From NCBI GenBank assembly GCA_030704615.1, contig CM060731.1, positions 19,964,001-20,028,000 of the forward strand: a stretch of 64,000 nt of DNA, given 5' to 3'. The notes below the pieces were generated by a model. The model searched no databases, was not told the DNA's origin, and saw only the letters and a program-made list of their open reading frames with translations. The stretch comes from Takakia lepidozioides (taxonomy: Eukaryota > Plantae > Bryophyta). Made by a program: the position numbers and the translations under genes. Below, piece by piece: positions 26,178 to 39,809 of this stretch (the first letter of the stretch is position 1; the number at the start of each line of letters is the position of its first letter).

Positions 26178-26764
26178 TCAACCACATTGCATCACATAGT
26201 CCCACCATTGACTGGGATCAGAAAAGTAATCATTCCACAGCTTCTCGTTATTTGCCCATAGGTCTCCAAAGCCTCCATCTTGCGCCCTTTGTTGTGCATA
26301 TCCTGCAATCATCACACTCCACAACACCACATGTCGTTCAGCCATACTGTCGAACACTCCCTTTGCATCCTCAATGCACCCACATTTGGCATACATGTCC
26401 ACCAGGGCAGTGTTCAAAATGACAGGTGCAATTCCAGATTTGATGATGTCACCATGCATCTCTTTGCCATTTTCCAGGGCTGTCAGGCTTGCACGAGCAT
26501 TGCAAACACACAAACGTGATCTGGTTACACTTCACCCCTTCCCCCATCATTTGCTCATAGGTCTCCAAGGCCTCCAGCTCGTGCCCCTGCTGTGCATATC
26601 CTGCAAACATGGCATTCTATGACACCATATTTTGTTCAGCCATACTGTCGAACACTCCCTTTGCATCGTCGATGCATCCAAATTTTGCATACATTTCCAC
26701 CAGCCTCCAGGGTATTGTTCAGAATGACATTGGGTACAATCCAGCTCTGATAATGTCACCATGG
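26178..26764 (-). pseudogene. PLS-class PPR fragment ending in a half PDF motif, interrupted by an LTR
   Basis: VILNTALVDMYAKCGCIEDAKGVFDSMAERHVVLWSVMIAGY, then EKLWNDYFSDPSQWWD; frameshifted. Confidence 0.85.
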
Positions 26765-29358
26765 TGTCGTGCACCTAAACATCGTGCCACAACATACATC
26801 GCTGTCCACCACACAATCTAAGCACACAATCCTAGAAAGCTATACCACAATGATAAGAGATGAGAAATGAGAAAAGTAGAAGACAATGAAAGCTCTCAAA
26901 GCATGAAGCAATCACATGAAGAACAAGCCCTAGTCCTTCCAAGTGAAATCCACTCTATCACATAAACTAAGTCAAGCCAAGGGCACCTTTGCTAAAGGAA
27001 TCCACCCTACAAAGCCCTCAACACACTCCCTCTCAATACCTAGAGCTATGGAGGTGAGAGAAGCTCATGGAGGCTCAACTACAAGAAGATGAGCCTCCTC
27101 AACACTCACAAGGGGAAAACCTATCTCCATGTCTCAAGTGAGGCTCGACACCTCATTTGGCATGTGAGACCAAATGAAGTCCCAACACACAAAATATAAA
27201 TATAAATATCTAAAATGTCATAGTTAACTAGAAGTAGGTAATTCTAGATAACCATGACTAAAACCATGACAGCTGTCGTGCACCTAAGCATTGTGCCACA
27301 ACATACATCGCTGTCCACCACACAATCTAAGCACACAATCTAGAAAGCTATACCACAATCGCCCCCCTAGCTGGTGGTTAGGCCTCTAACTCCAGATAGC
27401 TACAAGATGTAATAGCCACAGCCGTATTAAGTCCTCTACACTGTCCCTATTGTACTCAAACTCTATAGACCAAGAGGCCGGGTACAAGAGCAACCCCATC
27501 GTTAGTTGCCGTCTTGCAATCTGTGAACTTGAGTCAGGATCTCGTGTGTTGGTCTCCTAGTAGCTTGGCCTTGCATTTCTTGTTAGCCTTCTATGGTTGT
27601 ATCCACCCCCACTATCCAATGCAATGCGGACATAACCAATCCCCATCAGGAACCATCTCAAGAGGTGGAGTCAAGCATCCCATATGCCAACCTCTAGAGC
27701 ATTGATCATACACCAGCATGGTGGCTGCCCCTCTAGCAGACCCACACAACATGCACCTCAAACTTGCAGGTACAACTGCCAGGTTTGGGTCAACCCTTCC
27801 ATCAACATTGGAAGGTGACATGGCGCGCAATTACGCACATGGTCCTTCCAAATCATGCCATCCCGACCCTCCAAGATCAGGACTCTTGAGGGCAACACCT
27901 CTCGAACCCTCAAAATAGTACGTCCTGCAGTCACATCCAAGGTCGTAGGAGCAGTCTGCTGCAGATAAACATAGTCACCAGGGTTGAATCTCCGAACCCC
28001 AGGACGATAGCCCCCACCACGTATGGTAGCATACCTCAACGTATCACGATGTTGTGCAATGGCAAGGTTCTCAAAAGCCATTGGCATGACCTTCTCGAAC
28101 AACTCTGCACGCTGCTCACATGCACGTGCCCACACATCCAGATCGTCAAGGTTAAGAACTGTAGCAGCTTCTCTGCGAATGGATGTAGGCAAATCCGGCT
28201 CTCGGCCAAAGAGAAGAAAGTATGGTGAGAAGGAGGCAAGTGATGCTTGCTTGCTGAACCTGTAGCCCATGGCTAACCAGGGTAACTGAAGGTCCAATCT
28301 CCTAGGTGTCCCTTCTGCAAGCCATACTTGCGCAAACCCCTCTTTACTGTCTGAACAACTCTCTCTGCCAAGCCATCGGCCTCAGGATGATCCCGATAAG
28401 TGGTGCGGTGGTCTATCAAGGCCTTGTCACACAAAGCCTGAAACTCCCCCAAGAACTCTCTCCCTTGGTCCGTGAATATCTCAGCTGGAGCACCGAATCG
28501 GTTAAGCACACAATCCAAGAATGCATACGCAGCTCCCTCACTAGCCTTATCAGGCAATGGAACCAACTCAATCCACTTGGAGAAGTGCTCCACCATCACC
28601 AACACGTGCTTGTTGTGGCGCATGGTCAGTGGCAACGGCCCTGCGAAGTCAAGACTCCACCTGTAGCCTAATCCCATGATCGGAAGAGGGTGCAATTGTG
28701 GAGTAGGGGCGTTGAATGAAGCACGCACCCTGTCACACACCATGCACCTAGCCACAAATTGTTGCACCTCTGTATGCATACCACGCCACCAATACTGCCC
28801 CTGCAGTAGATTATGAGTGCGTCGCACCCCAAAATGCCCCAACTCCTCATTGGCATGCCGCACTAACCGTGCCCGCTGTGTTGCGTGAGGCACAATCCTC
28901 ACTCGACCACCTCCCACACTCGGAGCAGGTGTGTCCCCTCCCACTTGAACCTCTTGGCTCGTTGTAGGATCCGATCCCTCTCCTTGGCAGTCACAGTGGC
29001 TGCAGTGTCTCCAGTAGTCCAACACAATTGAATCCTCATGTATATCTTTGGCGCCACCTTGCTCATTGCTGGCCTTAGGGTCCTCAAACACTTGATCTAC
29101 AGTCATCCCTGTTGCAGGTCCAACCTGGCCTTCCGCTGCCAAGATACACAGAAATGCAGATGCATGCCATCCGGGCACCATCTCCTCGTCCGTCTCACCA
29201 TGCCACCGAGCTCCAGTGTCATCCTGCTGGCTCGTGCATGGATTGCGACTCAACCCATCTGCATTGCGATTGACCAAACCCGGTCGATGCACCACCTGAA
29301 AGTCATACTCTTGAAGGATGAGTGTCCACCATGCAAGCTTCCCCGTAAGCTTGTCACG
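26765..29358 (-). mobile_element. Ty3/gypsy 3' half: RNase H end, integrase, C-terminal PHD finger, PPT and 3' LTR (26765-27271)
   Basis: LQEYDFQVVHRPG; GHFG..YWW..C..C; WSLDFAGP; TDQGREF; GLAERVVQT; PHD-like CMLC..(Y)DQCSRGWHMGCL..WLCPHC. LTR termini TGTCGTG...CATGACA; PPT at 27361-27370. Confidence 0.92.
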
Positions 29359-30769
29359 GTAACAGGATTTGAGCCCTGAATCACCCGGGTGGCCTCATTT
29401 GTGGCATGCACAAGAAGTTGAACTCCAGACCTAAAGGCCAAACGGAACTCGTGACAATGAAATAATCATCCAGGGGATGTCATTCATTAGAAATATGGAC
29501 GAAATATTCTGGTGGCAAGTGTCTCGATCGAATTGGAAGTCTAATCGAAAGTATCGGTGCTAAAGCAGTTGAAACCCTTTGCGTAGTTCTGCCTTAGGAA
29601 GGCATGGCTACTAAGAATTTGGCTAAGAACCAAGTGACAGCGGTGAAAATATTTGGTAGCTCAGTTGGATACTGCAACATGTCCCCAGTGGTTTGGGGCT
29701 CAAATCCTGCTACCTTGTCCTTAATTATTGTGTCTCTTGACCCCAAAAGGCCACTGCCTTTTGGCAGGAAGGTGGACACCTTTGTGACACCAATGGAAAA
29801 GTCCATAATTCACAAGTTATAATTCCATATGGTGGATGAAATATATAAAATATCGAAATTGAAAAATTGCCTTTAGAAAAATTGCTCGAAAATACAAATG
29901 GTATACTTATGAAGTTTGAAAATGAAATACACCTAAATATGACTCATAAATTCTCTTGAAATGTCAGGGACAAATTGAAGGGAACTGAATACTAAAGGGA
30001 TAAATCGTAAGGCAATTGGATGTGATGGAACTTGGGATAAAACTGAAAAGAACTCAATATAATGAAATTGGATATCAAAGGATAAAACTCAAAGGAACTG
30101 AAAATATAAATAGTGGATGTGATAGCAGAACGGAAGGGATAACTGAAATCTGAAATGCATCCAAAAACAATTTCGAAATTTGTCAATTTCAAATAAAATA
30201 TATCCTTCCTTACGTTTGTTTTGTTTTGTGTGTTTGTTTTGTAGAGTTGAAATGTCCCAAACCGAGGGGCCAAGCCCAAGCCCCGGTGCTTGGTACTGTT
30301 GGAAAGCCCTCGATAAGGAGGGGTGCACTAGCTTGGTCTCATGATTTTTGGACCTGCGGTGGGGGAGATATGGAATTTCAAGTATTTTTGGTCGCTGAAA
30401 ATTCCCGAAAAATAGCAAAGTGGGCTTTCCTGGGACAATGATAGGAGGAAAAGGTCTCCGGTTCAAATCAGGTCGTAGGTTCTGTCAAAAATGATTAGAC
30501 ATAGATGACTTAGATAACATTGGACACTTGGGCCAACGGCACAGGCTACCCTAGTATGTATAAAACAATCACCAGATTGGATGAAAGGGTGATAATAGAT
30601 GGATGAAATTCTAAACATACGACCGAGTTCTCTACTGCAAGTGGGTACTAAGGGTGAGGGCATGCCTTCACAAGTAGATAATAACTGGGAAGGTACATCA
30701 ACAGAAAAGCACCCATTCCTGGCCCCAATGAACTCATTTTTGTACTAGTGAGTGAGAAAGGAATACTGA

Positions 30770-32071
30770 CCTCCAAGCTGCTGCAGTTAGAGAGCGAAGA
30801 GGGTATGGAGATTGCAGTACAGTCTGCCAGATTCAGACTTGTCAACTTGCTTAGGTGCCCAAACGAGTCTGGAAGAGGATCAGAGAACCCATTATTAAGA
30901 TTCGCAATATCCTGCAAGAATACAAGTTTGTACATTAATATCTCTCCATCTTGACACACTCTTGTTTACATATGTCATCTGCAAATATGGATGGAACCTT
31001 CCATGTACACCTTCCTTGAAGTAATTCGCTTGTTAATCGGTGCTATATTGGAGAACCCTCTAGTCATGCCTTGTGCTACTAACTAGTGATATTGGATAAG
31101 GAATACTGTCCCCTGTTCTGGTTTAAATTGATTATAATTATTTAAAAAAAAAAAGCAAAAAACAATACTGACCGCCTGGAAGCAGCTAAGATCAAGCTCC
31201 TGCAGGCTGCTACAGTTGGATAGCGCCGGAGGCATGGGCCCTGTCATGTGACAAGAAGTTAGATTCAAACTCCTCAAGTTCACAAGCTTGGGCCCACCTC
31301 CCTAGGACAACGAAGCTGTTGTTAGCGAGATTGAGCGCCATCCGCGTCCTTATATCCCAAATCTCAAGGGGGTATGCTGCCCGACAAAGCGTTGTTGCTG
31401 AGGTCGAGGAAAGTTACATTGGAAAGAGTGGCCAGCAGTGGAGAGAAGAAACCAGAGAAATTGTTGCAACTAAGGTTCAGGTGCTGAAGCTTAGGCATGG
31501 TTTGAACAGCTGGGAGTCCTCCAGAGAGCACATTACTGCTGAAATCTAGATACTGCAGGTTTACTAAGAGTTCCTGGGAAGGAATGGTCCCAGAGATGGC
31601 GTTGTGGCTCAAATCCAGGTAGTGCAAATTGGAAATATTGTAGAGCCCCAGAGGTATGTTACCCGCGATAAACGAGTTGGAGTTGAGATCTAGCTGTTGT
31701 AAGTTGAGAAGATTTCCTATCAAGGGAGGGATGCCTCGGGTTAGAGCGTTACCACTGAGGTCCAGATGTTGTAAGCAAGATATGGACCCAAGCTTGGAAG
31801 AAATTGGCCCTGACAGTCCCAAAGAGAGAGTTTTATCATCCGACTGGGGGCATTGCAAGCAACCCCTGTCCAGTTGCAAGGAGAGATATCGATGGCGACC
31901 CAATCGGCTTGTGCCCAGCTTTCAGCCCGTCCTTGAAGTCCAGCAGCGCCGCCATGTCTGAGCCTCTAACCCCAACCGGCCACAACCCACCACAACACAG
32001 TAGCAGCACCGCCACGAACAAGGAAAGATGCGAGAAGAGCGGTGAGTAGGTGTAGCTCTTCTAGTAGTCAT
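30770..32071 (-). pseudogene. Extracellular LRR receptor-like protein/kinase pseudogene (signal peptide, LRRNT, plant-specific LRRs; no kinase in window)
   Basis: DMAALLDFKDGL; CNWTGVAC; repeated LxxLDLSxNxLxGxIP units; frameshifts and stops. Confidence 0.88.
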
Positions 32072-32422
32072 CACACCCGCCATATCTCAATTGATATCCC
32101 AGTAAGGCAGGAATAGGGCTTGTCTTTCCGTCTAAACCCTCTCATCATAAATCCATCCTCTACTTATAACCACGGTCGATTTGAGTTGCTGTTGATGGAA
32201 ACGCGGGTTGAGGGTGGTTGGATCCGCGGGGACTTTTTTGACTCGCTCGCTCGGTCTGTATGACATAACCATTCTACCGATGGAATTCGACGCTCTTTAT
32301 GTAAGTACTTACCGGTAGTACCGACATATCCGGACGGCGTGGGCTGAATGCATGGGTTGAATGGCATGTTGAGGCGCAAAATGGGTCGTGTGGTCCTTTA
32401 GGGGTTAAAGAGGTGTTGGTAG

Positions 32423-33910
32423 TGTGAAGCCTTAAAACAAGCCTGAAGCATATACTCCTTTCCTCTCAAGAAGCGAGGTTGCACAACAAAAGGGGCGAGC
32501 GGAAAGAGCAAGCGGCGCGCGAGAGGAGGATCAAACACACGAATCAGACACTAACAGCTCTCATCCAAAACTTGTACACCAAAATCAAATATACACTAAC
32601 ACCCGAGTACACCGCCCTGACCTTGTGTCAGGGCGCCATCTTTATACAAAAGCCCTAACCATAGTGGCCCGCCGCGTGGCGAGGCATCATAGGCCAAAGC
32701 CCACGGTGCTGCCTTGCAGCCCTAGATTTGATGAAAGACCATGATCAAGCCACCAGCCTAAACTAACCCTAACCTAAACATCATTGTAACGGATTAACGG
32801 CTTTATACGCCAAAAAAATAATATAGAATGTGTATCGCCGTTTTGGATAAAACGGGCTATTTCCAGGCTAAGCAAGTATGGGGCTTTACATCTGTGAAGC
32901 CTACCCCCCACGAAAAATCCTGAGCTCCGCGAAGGAAAACAATGATGGGAAAATATCACACCCCACGCTGGGTAAAAAACCTACCAATGGCACTTGCAAG
33001 TTGGGCCGAGGACAAAACCCTTGGCTAGGAAAACCGTGCAAGGAGTACAGATGGTGAGATGTCTTAGAAATGTTCGAAGTCCTAGAGAGGGCAAGTCCGA
33101 GGATCCCAAGACTCATCAGCAGTAAATGAAGACTAAGCCGCTGAGAAGAGAAGTGGAGTAAGCTGAAGCAGATCGCGAAGAAGATCAAGAACATCACCCC
33201 ACAGTGCGCCCCTCCATATTGATACATGTGAGATCAAAAACTAGCTCGGAATGCACCAAGTCTATCAAAGAAACAGGTTCATCCCACACTTCAATGTTAG
33301 AGCCTTGGGGAAGAAGAAGAGCACGTCGCCCACGTAAAATCGGATAGATCAAGTATGGACCGTCGATCTTGAGCTTAGATTTGCATGCATGCTTGCCCAT
33401 GCTGTAATCGAAAGCACACGTCTGTCCCACCTGGAACATGTTAGATATTGACACGCTTGTTAAAATTACGGGCTTGGGTTAGTTGAGCCTTACCAATGTT
33501 CGTCTTGGCATCATGGATAGACACCGCATGTCGAGCATGGAGATCCTCAACAAAGGTATCAAGATCAACCGGATCAGCAACGTAGTAGAGATAAGAGGGG
33601 TAGAATGCAAAGGAGAAACACACTTGCGACCACTACAACAACTCAAAAGGAGTCTTTTGGTGCTAGCATGCACGGCGGTGCAAAATGCAAAGCAAAGAGA
33701 ATAGGGGAAGAAAGGTATCCCACTCCTGGTAAGTGCGCCATTCTTCTCCAACATTCGGCAAAGAGTTTGGTTGAAGCGTTCTGTAGGCCATTGTCTGGGG
33801 ATGGTATATGGACGGTGGTGGAATGCTTGACACGAAGTTGAAGCAAACCACCGTGAGGAGCTGGTTACAAAACTCCTTGCCCTGATCCGTTAGTATCTCC
33901 CGAAGACACC
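32423..33910 (-). mobile_element. Ty3/gypsy 3' part: integrase C-half, PPT and 3' LTR (32423-32890)
   Basis: CLREILTDQGKEFCNQLL and YHPQT. LTR termini TGTAAAGCC...GGCTTCACA on the minus strand. The integrase continues at 57780-58152. Confidence 0.88.
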
Positions 33911-34724
33911 CACTACTACGTTTAGGGGGGGTTAGCGACGCCGCGGGACCCCAGGGCACCGGACGCGCCGACCCTCCTGCGACGCAGCACCGCGCAAGCA
34001 CCCGGCCTGGAAATTGCGACGTCGTCGCGCCGCTCTGGTGACGCTTTGCCAGCTTGCGATTCACGTCACGTCGCTGCATTTGGGGCATTGACCCGCCAGC
34101 GAGCTGGGGGTTGCGACGTCCGGGTATCGCCCGTACCCTCTGCGACGCTCCCGCAAGGCGTGCGACTGCCGGGAATCGCAACAACACCCCCTCACACTTA
34201 GGCACGTGGGGAGGGCCGAGTCAGCTCGCGCTGGTTTTGCGACGTCTAGACGTCACCGAAATGCCACAATGACGAGGTTGCGATTCCTCGCAGTCGCAGG
34301 CCTGCTGGGGCGTCGCAAGTGCCCTCTTGCCTGGGGGTCTAGGATTGGGGATGTGCTGCTACATATAATTGCTTTTTGGTTGTGTTTTGTCTGTGAATTC
34401 GACCCTTGCACCACTACATCCGTGCAAAATATTGGACCAAAAACAAATAAAAAATAAAAAAAGTGTTTTCTTCGTTCACTATGCAGAACTCTCTATGATA
34501 GTGCATGAGTTGAAGACAACTCAAATTTGGAGTGCAAAATGAGAGACAGACGAAAATACGGTTTTGGGGCCAAATTGAGTTTTTAATCACTCTCAAATTT
34601 TTCACGCATATTGCATATGCTGTCATTAAGCATATTGTTTAAGAGAGGAATAAAAATAAAATCATGTGCAAACGAAATGCAGTTTTTCGTCTCGAAAACA
34701 CGTACATGTGTTCAATACTTGAAG

Positions 34725-37700
34725 ACCCATTGAATGAATTGGTTTCAAGCTCATATTTGGTCACACGTGCTTAAGATGTCCATATCACATATGCAAAGTC
34801 TCAAAAGATAAGCAACATTAAGAAATATGCTCATCAACAAGGCATGAACTTGAAGAGAACTCAACCTTGGAGTGCAAATGAGGGAAAAAAATATGGTTTT
34901 GGGTGCAGATGATGTTGTTCATTGCCAGATTTTGCATGCACATTGCACATGTTGTCATTAAGCATATGGTTAAGAATGGAATAGATTTATTTCCTCAACA
35001 GACTGGGAATGTAAAGACGCTGCAAGCTTTCCCCGTGATACAACAAAGACAAATGGATTTGGAAAACTATGAAGTTTGGCACTGAGTTGTTTTCTGAATT
35101 GACAGAGACATGGGTTTTGGAGAGAAATGCATGGAGAATGCTTGCATTGTTTTTTTGCACTGTCTCCATAGAAGGCCAACGATCGTTGAAGCTTTTAATT
35201 CGTAATAATTGATGAAGATGTACAACAAGTAGAAGCAGAGACTGATATTATCACCCAGATGAGGAACCTGAAGCAGATCAATCTTGTGGAGATCACTCAG
35301 TGTATAAAGCTTTGGCCTTTATTTCAAAATAAAAATCAAATGAATGAAACTTCAAACAACCAAATGCCTTCAAATCAAATCATGAATTACAATACAATGC
35401 ACAGTCGTTTAGTGCCACTTCCAACTGCACGTCACTGCTTGGTGGGAGTGGTTTTGACATGTCTCATTATAAGTCGTATCCAGCTATCTACTGTCAGGAG
35501 ACATGTTGACATCCACGTCACTGCTTGGTGGGAGTGGTTTTGACATGTCTCATTATAAGTCGTATCCAGCTATCTACTGTCAGGAGACATGTTGACATCC
35601 ACTGGAATGGTTGGAGATGGAATGCATGGAAAATGCTTGCTTTGTTTTTTTTGCACTGTCTCCATAGAAGGCCAACGATCGTTGAAGCTTTTAATTTTTG
35701 TAATTATTGATGAAGATGCACAACAAGTAGAAGCAGAGACTGATATTATCACCCAGATGAAGGAACTGAAGCAGATCATTCTTGTTGGAGATCACTCGGT
35801 GTATAAAGCTCTGGACTTGTTTCAAATCAACATCAAACCAACTTCAAATCAACAAATCATCAATCAAATCATGATTCTACAATTGCACATCGAACTCCAG
35901 TTGCACGTCGTTGCCTTTGTGGGAGTTGTTTGACATAATCACCTAAGCCGTAGCTAGTAGACCTCCCACTGTCAGGAGATATGTTGACATCTAGATATAT
36001 CAGATAACTTGTAGAGAACTCGGATTTGTGCATGCTAACTTCTTTTGGGGTTTTAACCTCCTTTGGTGACATCCTCGTCCTTGACGAATCAAAGATTTTG
36101 TCATAGACGACCAATTGCAATCGGCCCCAAATACTCTTCATCACAGAAAACGCGCGCACATGCTCAGGTGGATGTGGCAGAACACAACCTCGGATGATTT
36201 CGCTTTGTATATCGGATGAGATCCATTAACATTTCCACTCCATGTGATTTACATAGCGTAGAGTCTTGGTGCCAATTTGCATCACTTGCTCTAATTGCCG
36301 CGTTGCCTTTTGTGGGAGTTGTTTCACATAGTCACCTAAGTTATAGCAGACATCCAATGTCAGGAGATAACGTTGACATGTAGATACATCATATAACTTC
36401 TATGGAACCTTGGACTAGCGCATACTAAACTTCTTTGGTGGCAATCCTCGATTCCCTTGACGAATTTGAAAGGTGGACAATCTCATCGAAAAATCCAAGA
36501 GCCTGGAAGCATCTCGGAATCTAAAGAAGGAGAGGACAGACAATGGGTTCTCCCTCCCCTTGCATGCCATCAACAAATCTCGCGCACATGCTCAGGTAGG
36601 ATGGTAGAGATAAGCGCACAACATCGCGCACATGCTCAGGTAGGATGGTAGAGATAAGCACAACATCGGATGATTTCGCTTTGTAAAAAACTTTGGCTTT
36701 ATTTCAAGATCGTGGTTATTGGTTTTCAAGATCGTTGTCTCCACTCTCCGGAGACAACGTTCACATCTAGATACATTAGATAACTTCTAGAGAACGTCGG
36801 ATTAGGCGCATACTAAACTTCTTTGGTGGCATCCTCGATTCCTTGACGAATTCAAATGGTTTTTTCACAGAACGACGCAATTGCAATCGATACAATATTC
36901 TTCGTCACAGAAAAATGCGCGCACATGCTCAGGTAGGATGGTAGAGAGAAACACAACATCAAATGATTTTGCTTTGTATAAATCTCCTAGACAACCTTGG
37001 ATTAGGCGCATACTAAACTTCTTTGGTGGCATCCTCGATTCCTTGACGAATTCGAAATGACAACAATATCATCGAAAAAATCCAAGAGCTTGAGAAAGCA
37101 GCTCGGAATCTAAAGGAGGAGAGAGACATACAAGTGGGTTCTCCCTCCCCTCGAACGCCATCACCAAAAACTCGCGCACATGCTCAAGTAGGATGGTAGA
37201 GATAAGCACAACATGGATGATTTCTCTTCGTGTAAAGCTTTGCCCTTATTTCAATATTGTTGTTATTAGTTTTCAAGTTCGTTGTCGCCACTGTCCGGAG
37301 ACAACGTTGACATCTAGATTTAATAAATAACTTATAGAGAGCGTCGGATTAGGCATATACTAAACTTCTTTGGTGACATCCTCGATTCCTTGACGAATTT
37401 GAATGGTTTTGTCACATAACGACGCATTTGCAATCCATGCAATACTCTTCGTCAGAGAAAAACGCTCGCACATGCTCAGGTAGGATGGTAGAGAGAAGCA
37501 CAACATCGAATGATTTTGCTTTGTATGTAACATCAAATCACGAAATCATCAATCATCTATCATCAAACCATCAAATACAATAATGAAATAAAATCAACTA
37601 ATTATTTATGGAGGAACAAGATATTATTGCAAGACCATTGATCAAAGGTGCAATACTCTTCATCACAAATCAACTCAAGCGCATGCTCAGGTATGACGGT

Positions 37701-39487
37701 AGAGAGAAGCACAACATCAGATGATTTTGCAAACATAAAACATAAAACATCAAATGAACAGATCGTCAATCGAATAACAATGAACGATTAACAATATGAA
37801 GGAATACTTCCATGATTTTGGAATAACGATTAACGATGACGATTCATGATTAGCGATTAGCGATTATCGATTAGTGATTAGCCATTGAAACGATCTCTGA
37901 TGAAACAATTAACGATTAGCGATTAGCGATTAGATCGTGGTTATTAGCCTAGATCGTGGTTGGATGGAAAATATGAAGTCCAAATTCCAACATGCACGTG
38001 TGGACACAAAGCCTCTGCCAAAATCGGCCAATACTTTGTGCAAATGTATTACGCTGAGGTTGTACTCAAAAGACAAATGGATTGGAGCGAAAGAAGAACA
38101 TTTTGCGAAATAACCGGTGATTGCTGCAAAAGAAGAGCATTTTGTGAACGAGTTTGTTGCAGCGAAGAACAGGTCATCCCTGGACAAATAAATCACTACG
38201 GATAGACACGAGCAAGCCAAAGGCCGTAAATTATGCACATTTCAATATGTAGAGGTTGCTTGGTTACATTGCACTAATTTAAACCAGGATCGTCAAAAGG
38301 AGAGAACAATGTTGGTTGAACAATGCTCACAACTGCGAATAGTTCCAAACTATCATTAGAGTATCTCATGTTAGAGATGCAAGAAAGACAAGAGAAGCGG
38401 CCTCACTCCAAGTTTTCAACACTCCGGATCAATAGATTCCCTAAGTGAAATTTGGCTTTATCCAAAGAAAGTCCTCTGAAATGCAATCATGAGAGCTTTA
38501 CATTTTAGCAACATCCATCTGATGTTGGTCTTCAACTTCTCCTTTTTGTTCCTATGCGATGACCGAGAACGTAACTGAGTGGATGCCTAATCCCTATGTG
38601 TCATTCCTGGATGTTTTTTTTGGGGTTTGAAAATTCTTGACCACGTTAGGCCTGGTCGAAGTACAATCAATGGATGACATTAACGACCGAAGCGATTAGT
38701 GATGTTCACGTAGACCAATTGTAAATTGGCCTCTCTTGCATCATATTTAATTCACGTTCTTTCCCTCCACAAAACCACATAGATACACTATGCTGGTCAT
38801 AAATATAAGCTAAAAATATTTACATACATGTTTGTAATGAGAGCATTTAAGTAATTGTCAGCTCCCTTTACTTGCACATGATGGGTGCAATTTGCTGGAT
38901 ATCCCATTTACATTTCCACCTCCATGTGATTTACATAGCGCAGAGTCTTGGTGCCATTTTGCATCACTTACTCCAGTTGCATGGCGTTGCCTTTGTGGGA
39001 GTTGTTTGACATAATCACCTAAGTCATAGCAGGCATCCATTGTGAGGAGCCAACGTTGACATCTAGATACATCAGATAACTTCTACAAAACCTCGGTGAG
39101 ACTTATCTCGAATGACGTGATCCCCACCCAGAAAGTGGTGTGTGCTTTGAACTGACAACCCTTTCGAAGTTTGGAAGGATCTAGTAGACCTGTGAAATCA
39201 CATGATTCTTTTTTTTCCCATTCTCAAGCCATATGCTTAATGACTGCGTGTGCAATGTGCATGCAAAATTTGGCAGTGAACAAAAGTCATCTGGACCCAA
39301 AACCATATTTTCCTCCATCATTTGATCTCCAAGGTTGAGTTTTCTTAAACTTCATGCAGGGCCTACGACGTCGGGGTGAATATTTCTTCTTGATGCTCGT
39401 CATTTGCAACTTTGCATATGTGATCTGAACATACTTAAGCACATGTGGACCAAATATGAGCTTGAACCAAGTTCAATCAATGGGTCA
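34725..39487. repeat. Diverged ~260-bp inverted repeats (34725-34980 / 39219-39487) enclosing a complex tandem array containing SF1-helicase fragments
   Basis: The arms are visibly reverse-complementary (aagctcatatttggtc..cttaag; aaaaccatatttt; ccatatgcttaatgac). Inside, gcacatgctcaggt-type units recur about 7 times. VIIDEDAQQVEAETDIITQMKELKQIILVGDH occurs twice (~35200-35300 and ~35695-35797). Confidence 0.75.
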
Positions 39488-39809
39488 TTCGAGATTTCAA
39501 CGAAACTATGTGTCGTGGAGACTAAATATTGAAAAACTTTGGACTCGATCACACACATCCCTGGAAATTAGCAATCTGGATCTAAAGATCGAGTGATTGT
39601 AGGACCTTCCTTGTGCATACCTGAGACCTATTTGAATTCCGAGGGTCTCTAGAAACTGCCACGACAACAATCTGATTTCCTTTAAAACCTTGAATTGGTG
39701 GCTCTTAAGAGCATGTCTTTCCTTGCAACTTCCATAAGTCACAAGTGTTCTCTGCATATCCTTCAGTATGAAAAGTCATGAAGGATACTCTTTCAGTACG
39801 CTGGTTGTA

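Noticed and set aside
29654-29714. Functional tRNA gene
   Set aside because: It cannot form a full cloverleaf and the B box is degenerate.
32133-32409. piggyBac-like element (AGGGG-TTAA end)
   Set aside because: No matching left TIR or TTAA duplication.
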